NCBI GenBank assembly: GCA_965226795.1
Contig: CBDDDZ010000004.1
Span: 576,001 to 640,000, forward strand
DNA length: 64,000 nucleotides
DNA from: Candidatus Latescibacterota bacterium
GTDB taxonomy: Bacteria > Latescibacterota > UBA2968 > GCA-2709665
Direction: 5' to 3'
Shown here: piece after piece, positions 30,386 through 41,036 of the stretch
Layout: each line of letters starts with the position of its first letter
Position numbering within the stretch: position 1 is the stretch's first letter
Translations under genes and position numbers: made by a program
The notes under the pieces: generated by a model
The model's input: only the letters and a program-made list of their open reading frames with translations
Databases searched by the model: none
What the model was told of the DNA's origin: nothing

Positions 30386-32779
30386 TTATTCGTGGCGCAG
30401 AGCTTCTATGGGGTTAGCACTGGAGGCTTTAAAGCACTGGAATCCGACAACCAGCGACGTGGCGAAAACAGATCCCAATGCGCTGACAACAAAGGGGAAC
30501 AGGCCCATGTTTGCGCGATAGGCGAAATCTTGCAGCCAGTCTTGCATGAGGACATAAGCAAACGGCCATGCGATGAGATTGGCGATAAGCACCAGCTTTG
30601 TGAATTCGGCACCCAATAAGATCGCGATTTTGGCGATGGATGCACCGAAGACTTTGCGAATGCCAATCTCTTTGCGGCGGCGTTCGCCCGCGTGGGCGGC
30701 AAGACCAAGCAGGCCAATAGATGCGATGAGAAACGAGACTGCGAATCCAACGGCAAATATGCGTTGAAAGCGCCTGTATTTGCCGTAATTGATCTCCAAA
30801 CGGTCATCGAGAAACGCATACATGAATGGACGAACCGGGATATAGGTTTTCCAGATTTCTTCGAGGCCCTGCATGGTTTCGCCGATGTTTCCGGTAGCGA
30901 GTCGCAAGTTGACCACGCGAAATGAACGTGGGCGCAAAACAAAGGCATTGGCGCGTAGTTTTTCAGTCAGCCGGCGCATATGAAAGTCACCTACGACGCC
31001 GATGATCCAGCCTTCATTGTCGAGAAGTTTGAACGGTTTTCCAACGGGATTTTCAAGTCCGAGTTTCTCGACCGCTGTCTCGTTGAGAATATAAGCACTT
31101 TCAAAATCACTCTTGATGTCAACGGAAAAATTGCGCCCCGCAAGGATATCAACGCCGATCATGGGGAATAGATCTTCGTCAATACCGTATTGGCGTATCT
31201 CAAAAGCAGCGCCTGATGGATCCAAGACCATTTCTTTTCTGCTTGTCCAGCCTTCGCCTGGAAGGCTGGCAGATGCGGCTGCGGCGAGCACATTGGGGTA
31301 TTTGAGAAAGCGCTGTTTCACTTCGTTGTAGGTATTTCTTAGCGACCCATCGACATCAAAGATACGGAGCGCGAGGATGTTTTCTTTTTCAAACCCCAGG
31401 TCTTTTTTCAGGACATAGTCGAGTTGGACAAAGGCGACAAGGGCGACAAAAACGAGAAAAATGGAGATGGCAAACTGGGAGATCACGAAAACCTTGCGAG
31501 GGAATGATCCGCTGGACCCCGAGGCGGTTTGGCTGTGCAATGCGGTAATAGGTGAAAATCGGCTGAGGAGAAAGGCTGGATAAATGCCCGAGAACAGACC
31601 GACCAGAACCGTTGCAGCCAAGAGTACAATCGCGATGTTCGGCTCTAAGAATGCAGAGAGTGTATCCGTTTGTCCCACGATTTGTTGCCAGTAAGGCCGG
31701 GTTATGCCCGTGAGGATAAGGCACAAGGGCAGTGCGAGAAAGGTGAGCAAAACAGACTCAAGGAGGAATTGGGATGCCAATTGTCGTTGACCTGCACCGA
31801 CGACCTTTCGCATACCCACTTCCTTGGCCCGAAGGGCCGCGCGCGCGGTAGAGAGATTGATAAAGTTGATACAGGCGACGAATAAGACGAGCATGCCAAT
31901 GGAGGCGAGGGTACGAACCGCTTTGAGATCGCCGGCGGCAATGCCAGTGCCCGGACCACTGATGCCTTCGGGGAAATCTTCAGGGCCATAGAGACGCATA
32001 CGCAAGAGTGATTGTAGGCGATGGTTGGTTGTGTTTTCCGGGTTTTCTTCGGGTATGACCAGCGCACGCAATTTCTGTTCGGTTCGTTCTGGACTGGCAT
32101 CCGTGCGCAGACGGATAAAGGTTTGCACCCAGCGAAATGAGGTGCGGAATTCCCAGATGGACCAGGCATCGCGGACGCCTGCCGGCAGGGTTGCGGTTAC
32201 AAAGTGAGGGTTAAAATGCGTGTTGCGCGGTTGCTCGTCTAAAATACCAGTGACAATGTAAACGCGGCCCTGACATTCGAGCACTTTGCCCATGGGGTCT
32301 TCCCCGGTCGGGAAGAATTCGACAATGGCTTCTTGCGAGATGACCACACCGCCGGGTTGTTTGAGAGCTTTGTGGAGATCGCCACGCTTTAATCTGATCC
32401 CCCAGAATACGAGATAGTTGGGATCGGTGTACCAGAACGCACGGCGTTGGGCAAATTGGCGATATTGCACCCACCGATGGCCTGGATGGATGCGGTTGGC
32501 AGATTCAATTTCGGCGATGGATTCGATCATTTTTAGGGTGAGCGCACCGTGAGTGTCGATCTGGAAATCCATTTTGTACGGGGTGGTCAGTTGCCGCAAC
32601 ACCCGATAGGTGCGATCGGCCCCGGGGCGAAAGGTGTCGAAACTGAATTCGTGGGCGACATAGAGCCACGTTAGGAGCATGCACGTGAGACCAACGCTCA
32701 AGCCGAGGAGATTGGCCAGAGTATACAAACGCTGGCGAATGATGTGCCGGATGGCGACTGTGAGAAAGTTGCGTAGCAT
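30386..32779 (-). CDS. MacB/FtsX-family ABC transporter permease
   Basis: ACINFINLSTAR, KEVGMRKVVGA, KEIGIRKVFGAS, NPIEALRHE. Confidence 0.92.
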   Translation of the reverse strand: MLRNFLTVAIRHIIRQRLYTLANLLGLSVGLTCMLLTWLYVAHEFSFDTFRPGADRTYRVLRQLTTPYKMDFQIDTHGALTLKMIESIAEIESANRIHPGHRWVQYRQFAQRRAFWYTDPNYLVFWGIRLKRGDLHKALKQPGGVVISQEAIVEFFPTGEDPMGKVLECQGRVYIVTGILDEQPRNTHFNPHFVTATLPAGVRDAWSIWEFRTSFRWVQTFIRLRTDASPERTEQKLRALVIPEENPENTTNHRLQSLLRMRLYGPEDFPEGISGPGTGIAAGDLKAVRTLASIGMLVLFVACINFINLSTARAALRAKEVGMRKVVGAGQRQLASQFLLESVLLTFLALPLCLILTGITRPYWQQIVGQTDTLSAFLEPNIAIVLLAATVLVGLFSGIYPAFLLSRFSPITALHSQTASGSSGSFPRKVFVISQFAISIFLVFVALVAFVQLDYVLKKDLGFEKENILALRIFDVDGSLRNTYNEVKQRFLKYPNVLAAAASASLPGEGWTSRKEMVLDPSGAAFEIRQYGIDEDLFPMIGVDILAGRNFSVDIKSDFESAYILNETAVEKLGLENPVGKPFKLLDNEGWIIGVVGDFHMRRLTEKLRANAFVLRPRSFRVVNLRLATGNIGETMQGLEEIWKTYIPVRPFMYAFLDDRLEINYGKYRRFQRIFAVGFAVSFLIASIGLLGLAAHAGERRRKEIGIRKVFGASIAKIAILLGAEFTKLVLIANLIAWPFAYVLMQDWLQDFAYRANMGLFPFVVSALGSVFATSLVVGFQCFKASSANPIEALRHE

Positions 32780-32782
32780 GTC

Positions 32783-33250
32783 TTATTCCTGGCTCAAGAC
32801 ATCGACGGGGTTGGTACGGGTCGCCTTCCGGGCAAGATGAACCACCGTTGCAACGGCGATGAGAAACGTAATAGCAATGCTCGAAAGGAATAGCCAGACC
32901 GTGAGATCGATCCGGTATGCAAAGATCCGCAACCATTTCTGCATCAACAAATATGCATTTGGACACGCAACCGCCCCGGCTACGATAACGAGCGATTGGC
33001 CCATCAGAGTCGAAAACAGCGGCAGCAGTGCCTGCGTCAATCCGAGGGATACCGGTAGCGCGACAAGGGTAAACAGAAAGGACTCGAACAGAAATTGGCT
33101 GATTACGTTACGGCGATGCGCACCGCCGACTTTGCGCAGGCCCATCTCACGGACGCAGAAGCTATGGTTTGCCTCCTCGTGTTCTGTCCCGGAAATAGAT
33201 TGCCTGAATTCGGCCGACGGGTCGCCCGGCTCGCAAGGCACCTGAGCTAG
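32783..33250 (-). pseudogene. Internally deleted MacB/FtsX permease remnant
   Basis: First FtsX segment (EMGLRKVGGA..SQFLFES) fused directly to the C-terminus (KWLRIFAYRIDL..NPVDVLSQE). Confidence 0.75.
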
Positions 33251-33346
33251 GCGACCTGCGCAAGGTCGGCGAGTGATGGAAACGCAGCGAGACGGGATGA
33301 AACGGCGGATGAATGGTGACAAATTTCCGGGACGGGACACCAGGTT

Positions 33347-34135
33347 TCAGGACATCCAAACATAAACCCGTTTGTAGTAGGCGATCTCAAATCCATTTCG
33401 TTTAAGGTTCCCCAATGATGTCTTGAGCATCGAAAGTGTCTCGCTGCAGGCCACCCGGCATCCCAGTTCCGCGGCACGATTCAGGCGCGCTCTTATGAGT
33501 GCATTCTGTCCGCCTTTTCTTCTGTGCGCTTCGGCGGTTCCTGCCCATCCGAGATAGGCGAAATCGCCGTGGCGGGCGAGTATCGCGGCGCTGACAGGCG
33601 CACCCGCGTCATACGCCACGAAATGGTCGAATCCGGGTTGATCGACGCTTTCAAGGAAAAACGTGCAGGGCCACGGGTCGAATATGCGGAGAATCGCATC
33701 CCCCTGATCCTCAACCTCATGCCCCGATACGCGGCACACGTCAAGATGGGTCTGGAAAGGCGCTACTTTTTCGACGGGACGAATCAGCGTCGGATACCGG
33801 GTGCCCCCAAATGGTTTGAGGCGGTTGTCTCCGAGCCACCCGACGATTTCCTCTTCCTGGGGATTCGGGCTCAGCCAGAAGAAAAACCGCTCGACCTGCG
33901 CTTCCCTGAATACCTCCAGTATGTTCAAGAAATCGGTCCGGGAAACTGTGGTCCCGCATCCGAAAAAAAATACGCCGTTTCGATTCGCCGATGGATAGGG
34001 CGATGGTGCGGAAGGAGTGTCCAACGTGACAATGGCACCTCCGACATCTACCTGGATCCTCGAATCGTACGGACCGCATTCGAGTTCCTTTTGCCTGATC
34101 GCCATTAAACGCCGTGCGATTTCATCCCGTCTCAT
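33347..34135 (-). CDS. GNAT-family N-acetyltransferase
   Basis: AGTAEAHRRKGGQNALIRARL acetyl-CoA motif; NLKRNGF. Confidence 0.8.
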   Translation of the reverse strand: MRRDEIARRLMAIRQKELECGPYDSRIQVDVGGAIVTLDTPSAPSPYPSANRNGVFFFGCGTTVSRTDFLNILEVFREAQVERFFFWLSPNPQEEEIVGWLGDNRLKPFGGTRYPTLIRPVEKVAPFQTHLDVCRVSGHEVEDQGDAILRIFDPWPCTFFLESVDQPGFDHFVAYDAGAPVSAAILARHGDFAYLGWAGTAEAHRRKGGQNALIRARLNRAAELGCRVACSETLSMLKTSLGNLKRNGFEIAYYKRVYVWMS

Positions 34136-34150
34136 GTCGGTGTGCGAAAC

Positions 34151-36369
34151 CTATCTCCTTTCCAGGTGCGGTTTCAGGTACTGTCCCGTATGCGACTGAC
34201 CGGCCGCGGCAACCGCCTCGGGCGGACCTGTTGCAATCACGTCGCCTCCGTTGTGCCCATCCTCCGGGCCGAGGTCGATCACGTAGTCGGCGGTCTTGAT
34301 CACGTCGAGGTGGTGTTCGATAACCACAACCGTGTGACCGGCGTCGACCAGGCCGTTGAGCGCATCGAGCAACTTCTGGATGTCGGCCAGGTGCAATCCC
34401 GTCGTCGGCTCGTCCAGAATGTAGAGATTGTGTTTGCCGCGTTTGATCTTTCCGAGTTCGTTGGCGAGTTTAACACGTTGGGCCTCTCCGCCCGAGAGGA
34501 TGGTGGCCGGATGGCCGATTTTCAGGTAACCCAGCCCCAGGTTGTCGAGCACGGCGAGCTTGTGGGCAATGAGGTTATTTTCGGCAAAGAACGCGACACC
34601 GTCTTCAATGGACAGGTCGAGGACGTCCGCAATGGTCTTGCCCTTATATGAGACCTCCAGCGTTTCATCGTTGTAGCGCGCGCCCTTGCAGGTGGGACAG
34701 GATACGGAAACATCGGGCATAAAGGCAAAGCTGGTCTTGATTTCGCCTTCGCCGGCGCATTCTTCGCAGCGGCCGCCCTTGACGTTGAAGCTGAATCGGG
34801 AGGCCGTATAACCGCGTTCCATGGCTTCCTCGGTGGACGCGAAACACTTGCGGATATTGTCATAAAACCCGATGTACGTCGCGGGGTTGGATCGTGGGGA
34901 CCGGCCGATGGCTGACTGATCAATGTTGATCACACCTCCCACGTTTTCATGGCCTACGAGATCATCGTGATCGCCTGAAAAGACACGGCTGTCGTGAAAA
35001 AGGTTGTATAGTTTTTTATACAACACCTCATGAACGAGGGTGCTTTTGCCCGAGCCGGATGCACCCGTGATGCAGGTAAAGATGCCCAGCGGGATTTCGA
35101 CGTCGATGTTGTTGAGGTTGTTTGCCCGGGCGCCTTTGATTTGGATGGCTTTGCTGTTCTTCTCGCGGCGTTGGTCGGGTATGGCGATTTTTCGTGCGCC
35201 GCTCAAATATTGCGCCGTTGGCAAATCCCGGCATTCAAGAACCTCGCCGACCGGGCCTGTTGCGACCACGCGGCCCCCATGTACCCCTGGACCGGGACCC
35301 ATTTCAATAATGTGATCGGCGGCGCGGATGGTGTCCTCGTCGTGTTCGACAACGATAACCGTGTTGCCGATGTCTCGAAGTCGCCGCATGGTGCTGATCA
35401 TCTTGGCATTGTCTTTGGGGTGCAAACCGATGCTGGGTTCATCGAGAACGTACAACATGCCCATTAGCCCCGAGCCGATCTGCGTGGAAAGGCGGATGCG
35501 CTGAGACTCGCCGCCGGAAAGCGTACCCGTCGGGCGGTTGAGGTTAAGATAGTCGAGGCCGATGCCGATCAGGAGTTCGAGGCGGGACGAGATTTCGTGG
35601 ATAATCTGCGAGGCGACTTCCTTCTGTTTCACTGGTATGGGAAGTTGTGTGAGAAAGGCCAGCAACTCCGGTAAATGCATTTCGCCGAGACTGTGGATAT
35701 TGCGTTCGTCGATTGTGGCCAGAAGACGCTGTTTTTTTAACCTCTGGCCACCACAGTCCGGACAGGGGTTTTCAACCATGACTTTGCGCAGATAGTCTTC
35801 CATATGACCGTGAGCGACGGCTTTTTGCCTGTATCAGCGGTACTGGCGTTCGATCTGATTGATGACGCCGTCGAAACGAAACTCGCGCCCGATGTATTTC
35901 GCGCCGACTTTGGCGTCAGGGGGCTGCTCAATCATGACCCTTTCACCCCTTGTACCGTATAGAAGCAGGGCCTTTGTATCGTCGGAAAGGTCCTTGTATG
36001 GGGTGTCGAGGTCGAAGTTGTATTTTCTGGACAGGCTGTAAAGTATACGCCCGCCCCACGAATTGACATCGTACTTCAGCGCTTCTTTGACGAATGCGCC
36101 TTCGCGCAGACTGCGATCTTTGTCGGGAGCGACCAGGTCGGGATGGGCTTTGAGATAGGTGCCCAGACCCGAGCACGTTACGCAGGCGCCGACGGGATCA
36201 TTGAACGTAAACATCCCATGATGCATACGGCCGGCGACGACGTCCGCGGATGAAGCGCCGAGTTTACGGTAGAATGTATCCGACGCCGCCTTGCTGATAT
36301 CGGGATTTCGAGGTGGATATTCCGCAGGTTGTTTTCGCGGGCGCCTTTGACTTCGATGGTTGATCTCAT
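34151..36369 (-). pseudogene. uvrA: Excinuclease ABC subunit A paralog, disrupted
   Basis: KGARENNLRNI N-terminus jumps out of frame to FTFNDPVGAC (first Walker A lost); in-frame TGA at 35834-35836; C-terminal LSGGE signatures and GASGSGKS intact. Confidence 0.85.
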
Positions 36370-36427
36370 CCCGTGTTCTTTCCCGGTCATTTCCTTCGTT
36401 CGATACCTGCGCCCGTACCCGCCAATT

Positions 36428-37265
36428 CTACAGGAGTTCGACGCCGTCCCCGTCATAGTAATAGGCGGGTTCTTCCACTTCAATCCGGCTTTTCTCAGTC
36501 AGGTGGATGGGACTCGACAGTTTTTGGATGATTTCCTGGTGGACAAGCCATTCACAGGCCGCCTCGAGGCCGCCGCCCTGGATTTTCTTTTAAAATAATC
36601 GCTGATTTCCGAGAGTTTGCGGACTCATGAGTCTTGGGTTGATTCACAAAATCCGTGTAGATCGCGTTGAAAAACTGCGGATTGTATTTGAGCGCCTGGT
36701 GAACCACTTCGCGACCCGGCGCTTCGTTGTGCAGAAGCACCTGGATTGATGCCAGTTCGCGCACGACCTGCATCAGCCACCAGAAGCTGTATTCGAAGTC
36801 CTTTTTCAGGTAAAAGTACTTCTCCGCTTTGTTGAGCGACGGTATCAGAAAGGAAGCATACCTCAACAGTTGCAATGCATGGTCTCGCGTTCCGATGTGA
36901 TCGATGGTTCCGTACCATTTCGCCACGGAATCGTCCCTGGCAAAAAGAAGGGTGCTCTTGGAGAACGTGAAGTCCAGCCAGCCGCCGGCGAGGTCGCCTT
37001 CGATGCGGCGTTTGAAGACGCTGCGGGGAATGCGTTGCGCCTGGATGTTGACTTCGTCTTCGCACAGTGTAACATGGCCCTGTTTTTGTCCATCCTGCAT
37101 GATGATCCACAGGTCGATATCCGAATTCTCCCAGACTTCGTCGTAGGACAGACTGCCAAAGAGTATAGCCGCGAGTACCGTTCGGTCTTTTTCAAGTTTT
37201 CCGACCAGAGACAATAGTGCTTTCCGGTAGCGCTTCTGAATTACCTCCGGCTCGACATGAGACAT
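36428..37265 (-). pseudogene. Nucleotidyltransferase-domain protein with disrupted C-terminus
   Basis: FGSLSYDEVWENSDIDL (GS..DxD); C-terminal piece ACEWLVHQEIIQKLSSP...EEPAYYYDG* is in another frame. Confidence 0.7.
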
Positions 37266-37463
37266 GGCAACTCCACCATATAGTGTATGCGAAGGAGCAC
37301 GTGATATACGCAGGTTCGAATCAGGTGTCAAGGTCATTTCCGGGAAAGCGCCGGCATCCGTGCAGCGGAATCCGGGCTTGTCAGCCCCTTGACGAATCGG
37401 ATCATTTCCGGTATATTTTGTGTGCATCTTGATGAGGTTTGCCCTTCTACTGGAGACGATAGA

Positions 37464-37739
37464 GTGTTTTATTCCTCCAGACGGATTTATCCTTTTGCCG
37501 TTTTGGCGCTGGTGATATTCGCGGTCTACCTGGCGGTATTCTTACTTGCCGCCTTCCCCGGTCACGATCACGATCAACAATGTACTGTCTGCGCCTGGTT
37601 CAACAACCTGAGCGTCGGTTTGCCGGCAGTGCTCGTGTTGCACCTTTGCTTCATGCATTTCCGGCAGTGGTACCCCACGTGCCGATCCCTTCGCACTTCC
37701 TTCCTGCTTCCCGATGGACGCGCCCCTCCTGTGTCCTGA
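37464..37739 (+). CDS. DUF2946-like leader/arrest peptide (TM - His/CxxC - RAPP)
   Basis: GTG after GGAG; hydrophobic segment, GHDHDQQCTVC, C-terminal DGRAPPVS*. Confidence 0.75.
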   Translation: MFYSSRRIYPFAVLALVIFAVYLAVFLLAAFPGHDHDQQCTVCAWFNNLSVGLPAVLVLHLCFMHFRQWYPTCRSLRTSFLLPDGRAPPVS

Positions 37740-38026
37740 TCCATCCTCCAGTGTCCTGAGGACACTTCCGCAGTTTTTCAAGCATTTTCCAAATTGTATC
37801 AGATCCGCTCTACAACTGTGTTTACGTTCACAGGAATCCGGATTCCCTGGACCGTAACACGGCCCTCCACCTGCCGCGATTCTCTCTCTGTGTCCGGCAG
37901 GAACGCGGTTCAGTAAAGCGGGAATACCAGCCAAGAAAACGGCATGCCACCAGCATGGTGAAATATCCGTATCGCGCCTTGCCAGTTGCGGGTGAAGGTG
38001 AAATCCTGGCATACGGGAGACCCCAG

Positions 38027-38524
38027 ATGCTTCGCTTGATAAAAATGATAACATCTTGTACCAACATTGCCACGGCGGCGGCCGTAGCCGTGATCCTGGC
38101 CGGTTGTGGCAAGGATGACCCCCTGACTCCACAGGAGGAACATTACGAAGCCGAAGGCCTGGTCCTCATTGACTCCGGCCACCGGTTCTTCCGGTATTTC
38201 CAGGGTAAGGTGGACTCGGACGACGGCCGGGTGGACGTCCTCGAGGTTCCTCACGGCCAACTCACCAACCATTGGAGCATCCGCTTCCTGGATGAAGACG
38301 GAAACGAAATGGCGCCCCCCGGCGGCGCGGGCCACACTTTCACGTGGGAAATTGCGGATAAGTCGATCGTGGAAGTCGTCCAGGACGAGGGCGACGAGGG
38401 TAAATTCGTCTTCTACCTGCGCGGTCTCGAAGCCGGCGAAACCACCATCAAGCTTCAGATCTCGCACGAAGGCCACGTGGACTTCACCACGCTACCCATT
38501 CCGGTGCGCGTCGAGTCACAATAA
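38027..38524 (+). CDS. Lipoprotein, His/acid-rich, probable metal-binding partner of the TonB receptor
   Basis: Lipobox LAGC; EEHYEAEG and HEGHVDF motifs. Confidence 0.75.
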   Translation: MLRLIKMITSCTNIATAAAVAVILAGCGKDDPLTPQEEHYEAEGLVLIDSGHRFFRYFQGKVDSDDGRVDVLEVPHGQLTNHWSIRFLDEDGNEMAPPGGAGHTFTWEIADKSIVEVVQDEGDEGKFVFYLRGLEAGETTIKLQISHEGHVDFTTLPIPVRVESQ

Positions 38525-38587
38525 TTTCCAGGCGGATGGCGCCCTGAGTCGCCATTCTATGGTTCACAGAATCGGAGTTCATTCCAA

Positions 38588-40864
38588 ATGATTCATTTAC
38601 TCGAAATCCGGGGTGTATTGTCGAACGAAAATGTGAGCGATCCAATCGTCACACGGTTGCGCTTGAACAGGATCGTGCTGGCGCTGTTCTGTCTGCTTTT
38701 TCTCACAGGAACCGGCTTGGCGAATCGAGCTGCGCTGATCGAAGGCTACGTTTTCGACAGCGAAACCCGGCGCCCCATCGGGAAAGTGAACGTCCAATCC
38801 ACAGATCACTCGACGGGCACGTCCACCGATGACGGAGGCCGGTTTGTGCTCCACCTGTCCCGTGGTGTTTACCGGCTGTCTTTTACCCACGTCGGCTATC
38901 AGGAAATGCAACGTGAACTGACCGTCTCGGAGGCGAAGCATCCCGTCATATACATGGAAATGGACCGGCTAGACCTCAGGTTGGACCCCATGGACGTCGT
39001 GGCCAAACGCGCCGAAACCCGATTTGACGAACTCCAACGGGCCACAGGCGTGCTCTCAGGAGACGAACTCAGGAAAAAATACAGCATCACGCTCGCCGAA
39101 ACCATGAAGAACGAACTTGGCGTTGCCATCCGCAGCATGGGACCCGCCCCGGCCCGTCCGGTCATCCGCGGACTCAGCGGCGACCGCGTACAGATCAACG
39201 TCGACGGCATTCAGGCTCAGGATCTCTCTTCAACGTCCGCAGATCACGCGGTGACGGTCGAGACCTTCAACGCGGAACGCCTGGAAATTATCCGGGGGCC
39301 CCGCACGCTGCTGCACACGTCCACGGCCGGCGGCGGCGTTATCAATGTCGTCAAGCACAAAATTCCCGAAGCCCGGCCCAAGCGCTTTTTCGGCAGTGTC
39401 GGCGCCTATGGGGAAACGGTCAACCGGGGCTATCTCTCCTCCGCCGCCGTAACCGTGCCCGTAGGGCCGCTCGCGCTCTACGCCGAATCCACGTACCGGG
39501 ATACACGGGACATACAGACCCCCATTGGCAGCCTCGCCAACACACCCATCAACACCCGTACCTATACACTCGGCCTGTCCTACGCGGTGGATCGAGGCTA
39601 TATCGGCGCTTCTTTCGATCAATTCGATACACGGTACGGCATTCCCGGAGGGTTTATCGGTGCTCATCCAAACGGCGCAGACCTTGACATCATGCGTCGG
39701 GTCTTCGACGGCAGGGCAGTCTACCGGTTCGATAGCCGGACGATAGACAGAGTGGAGGCGGGTTTCACAAAGGCGTATTACCATCACGTCGAGTTCGAAT
39801 CCAGCGGCCGCATCGGATCCGAATTCTTGTTTCACGACTACAGCGGCGATCTCAAGCTACACCTGAACACGCAAGGGCAAGCGCAAAACACCGTGCTGAC
39901 CGCCGGCTTTGAACACCGCAATCTCAAACTGGGTGCCTTTGTCTTCACTCCGCCCACGCGAAAACAAGACGTAAACTTCGGTTTGTATCACGAAACAACC
40001 TACCGCCATATTGAGCTTCAGGCCGCTGCCCGGTACACCTACGCCTCCTTCGACCCGCGCCTCAACGTAATCTCAAACACGAGTCTGGACATAGACCGCA
40101 CCTTTCATGTCTGGTCCGCGGCCTTCAGCCCTCTCGTGCCGATCACCGACCAGCTGACCGCTGGCGCCAGCCTCAACCGCTCCCAGCGCGCACCCACCAT
40201 CGAGGAACTCTACAACGAGGGACCTCACCTTGCCGCATACACCTTTGAGAAGGGCAATGTCGAACTCAATGCTGAACGGAGTTTCGGCCTGGAGGCATTC
40301 TTCCACTACCTGCAACCGGGTTTCGACCTGGTCTTCACGGGATTCTGGAATGAATTCGGCAATTACATCGCGCCTCGAAATACGGGTGAAATAAACTTCG
40401 CTCTACTCCTCCCCATCTACGCCGCCGAAGGCATCGATGCGAGAATGCTGGGCGTGGAGACGCACCTGAAGTGGCGTCCGAATGCGCACCTCGAACTGGA
40501 AATAAACCTGAGCCACGTACGTGGTGAAAATCGGGACGAGCGTATGCCCATGCCCGAAATGCCGCCGCTCAAATTCGTCGGCAGCGTAACCTACCGGCAC
40601 CCCTGGCTGACCGCGGGAGGGACCGTTGAATGGGCCGCGGGGCAGGAACGCGTGGACACGTTTGAGGACCCCACGGCCGGTTATTCCGTTTTCGGCGCCT
40701 ACGTACAGCGCGATTTCCTCACAGACCACGCCCGCCACAGCCTCATCCTTTCACTGGAGAATCTCTTTGACACTGAATACCGTAACCACCTGTCGCGCAT
40801 TCGGTCCGTGATGCCTGAAACAGGCCGGAGCCTTAAAATGCACTACAAGATGTATTTCTTTTGA
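38588..40864 (+). CDS. TonB-dependent receptor (ZnuD/metal-uptake-like) with carboxypeptidase-regulatory-like N-domain
   Basis: Plug RPVIRGLSGDRV, EIIRGP..GGVIN; RAPTIEELY..GPH; NLFDTEYRNHLS; terminal F. Confidence 0.9.
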   Translation: MIHLLEIRGVLSNENVSDPIVTRLRLNRIVLALFCLLFLTGTGLANRAALIEGYVFDSETRRPIGKVNVQSTDHSTGTSTDDGGRFVLHLSRGVYRLSFTHVGYQEMQRELTVSEAKHPVIYMEMDRLDLRLDPMDVVAKRAETRFDELQRATGVLSGDELRKKYSITLAETMKNELGVAIRSMGPAPARPVIRGLSGDRVQINVDGIQAQDLSSTSADHAVTVETFNAERLEIIRGPRTLLHTSTAGGGVINVVKHKIPEARPKRFFGSVGAYGETVNRGYLSSAAVTVPVGPLALYAESTYRDTRDIQTPIGSLANTPINTRTYTLGLSYAVDRGYIGASFDQFDTRYGIPGGFIGAHPNGADLDIMRRVFDGRAVYRFDSRTIDRVEAGFTKAYYHHVEFESSGRIGSEFLFHDYSGDLKLHLNTQGQAQNTVLTAGFEHRNLKLGAFVFTPPTRKQDVNFGLYHETTYRHIELQAAARYTYASFDPRLNVISNTSLDIDRTFHVWSAAFSPLVPITDQLTAGASLNRSQRAPTIEELYNEGPHLAAYTFEKGNVELNAERSFGLEAFFHYLQPGFDLVFTGFWNEFGNYIAPRNTGEINFALLLPIYAAEGIDARMLGVETHLKWRPNAHLELEINLSHVRGENRDERMPMPEMPPLKFVGSVTYRHPWLTAGGTVEWAAGQERVDTFEDPTAGYSVFGAYVQRDFLTDHARHSLILSLENLFDTEYRNHLSRIRSVMPETGRSLKMHYKMYFF

Positions 40865-41036
40865 TATTGAAGGTCCTCATCAAGCGGGCCCTGCAACAGA
40901 ATCTGACCCCGGCCGATAGATGCCGGCAGGAAGACATACCAACAACCCCGTGTCAGTCTATTGGCCCGGGGCCTGTTTTTCGTCATCCTCTTTGTCGACC
41001 CGCCGCATTCCACGGGAAAATAAAGTGTTCGTCTCC

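Noticed and set aside
35834..35836. In-frame TGA in uvrA as selenocysteine or programmed readthrough
   Set aside because: Not at an evident Cys motif, and the gene also has an upstream deletion; a nonsense mutation is simpler
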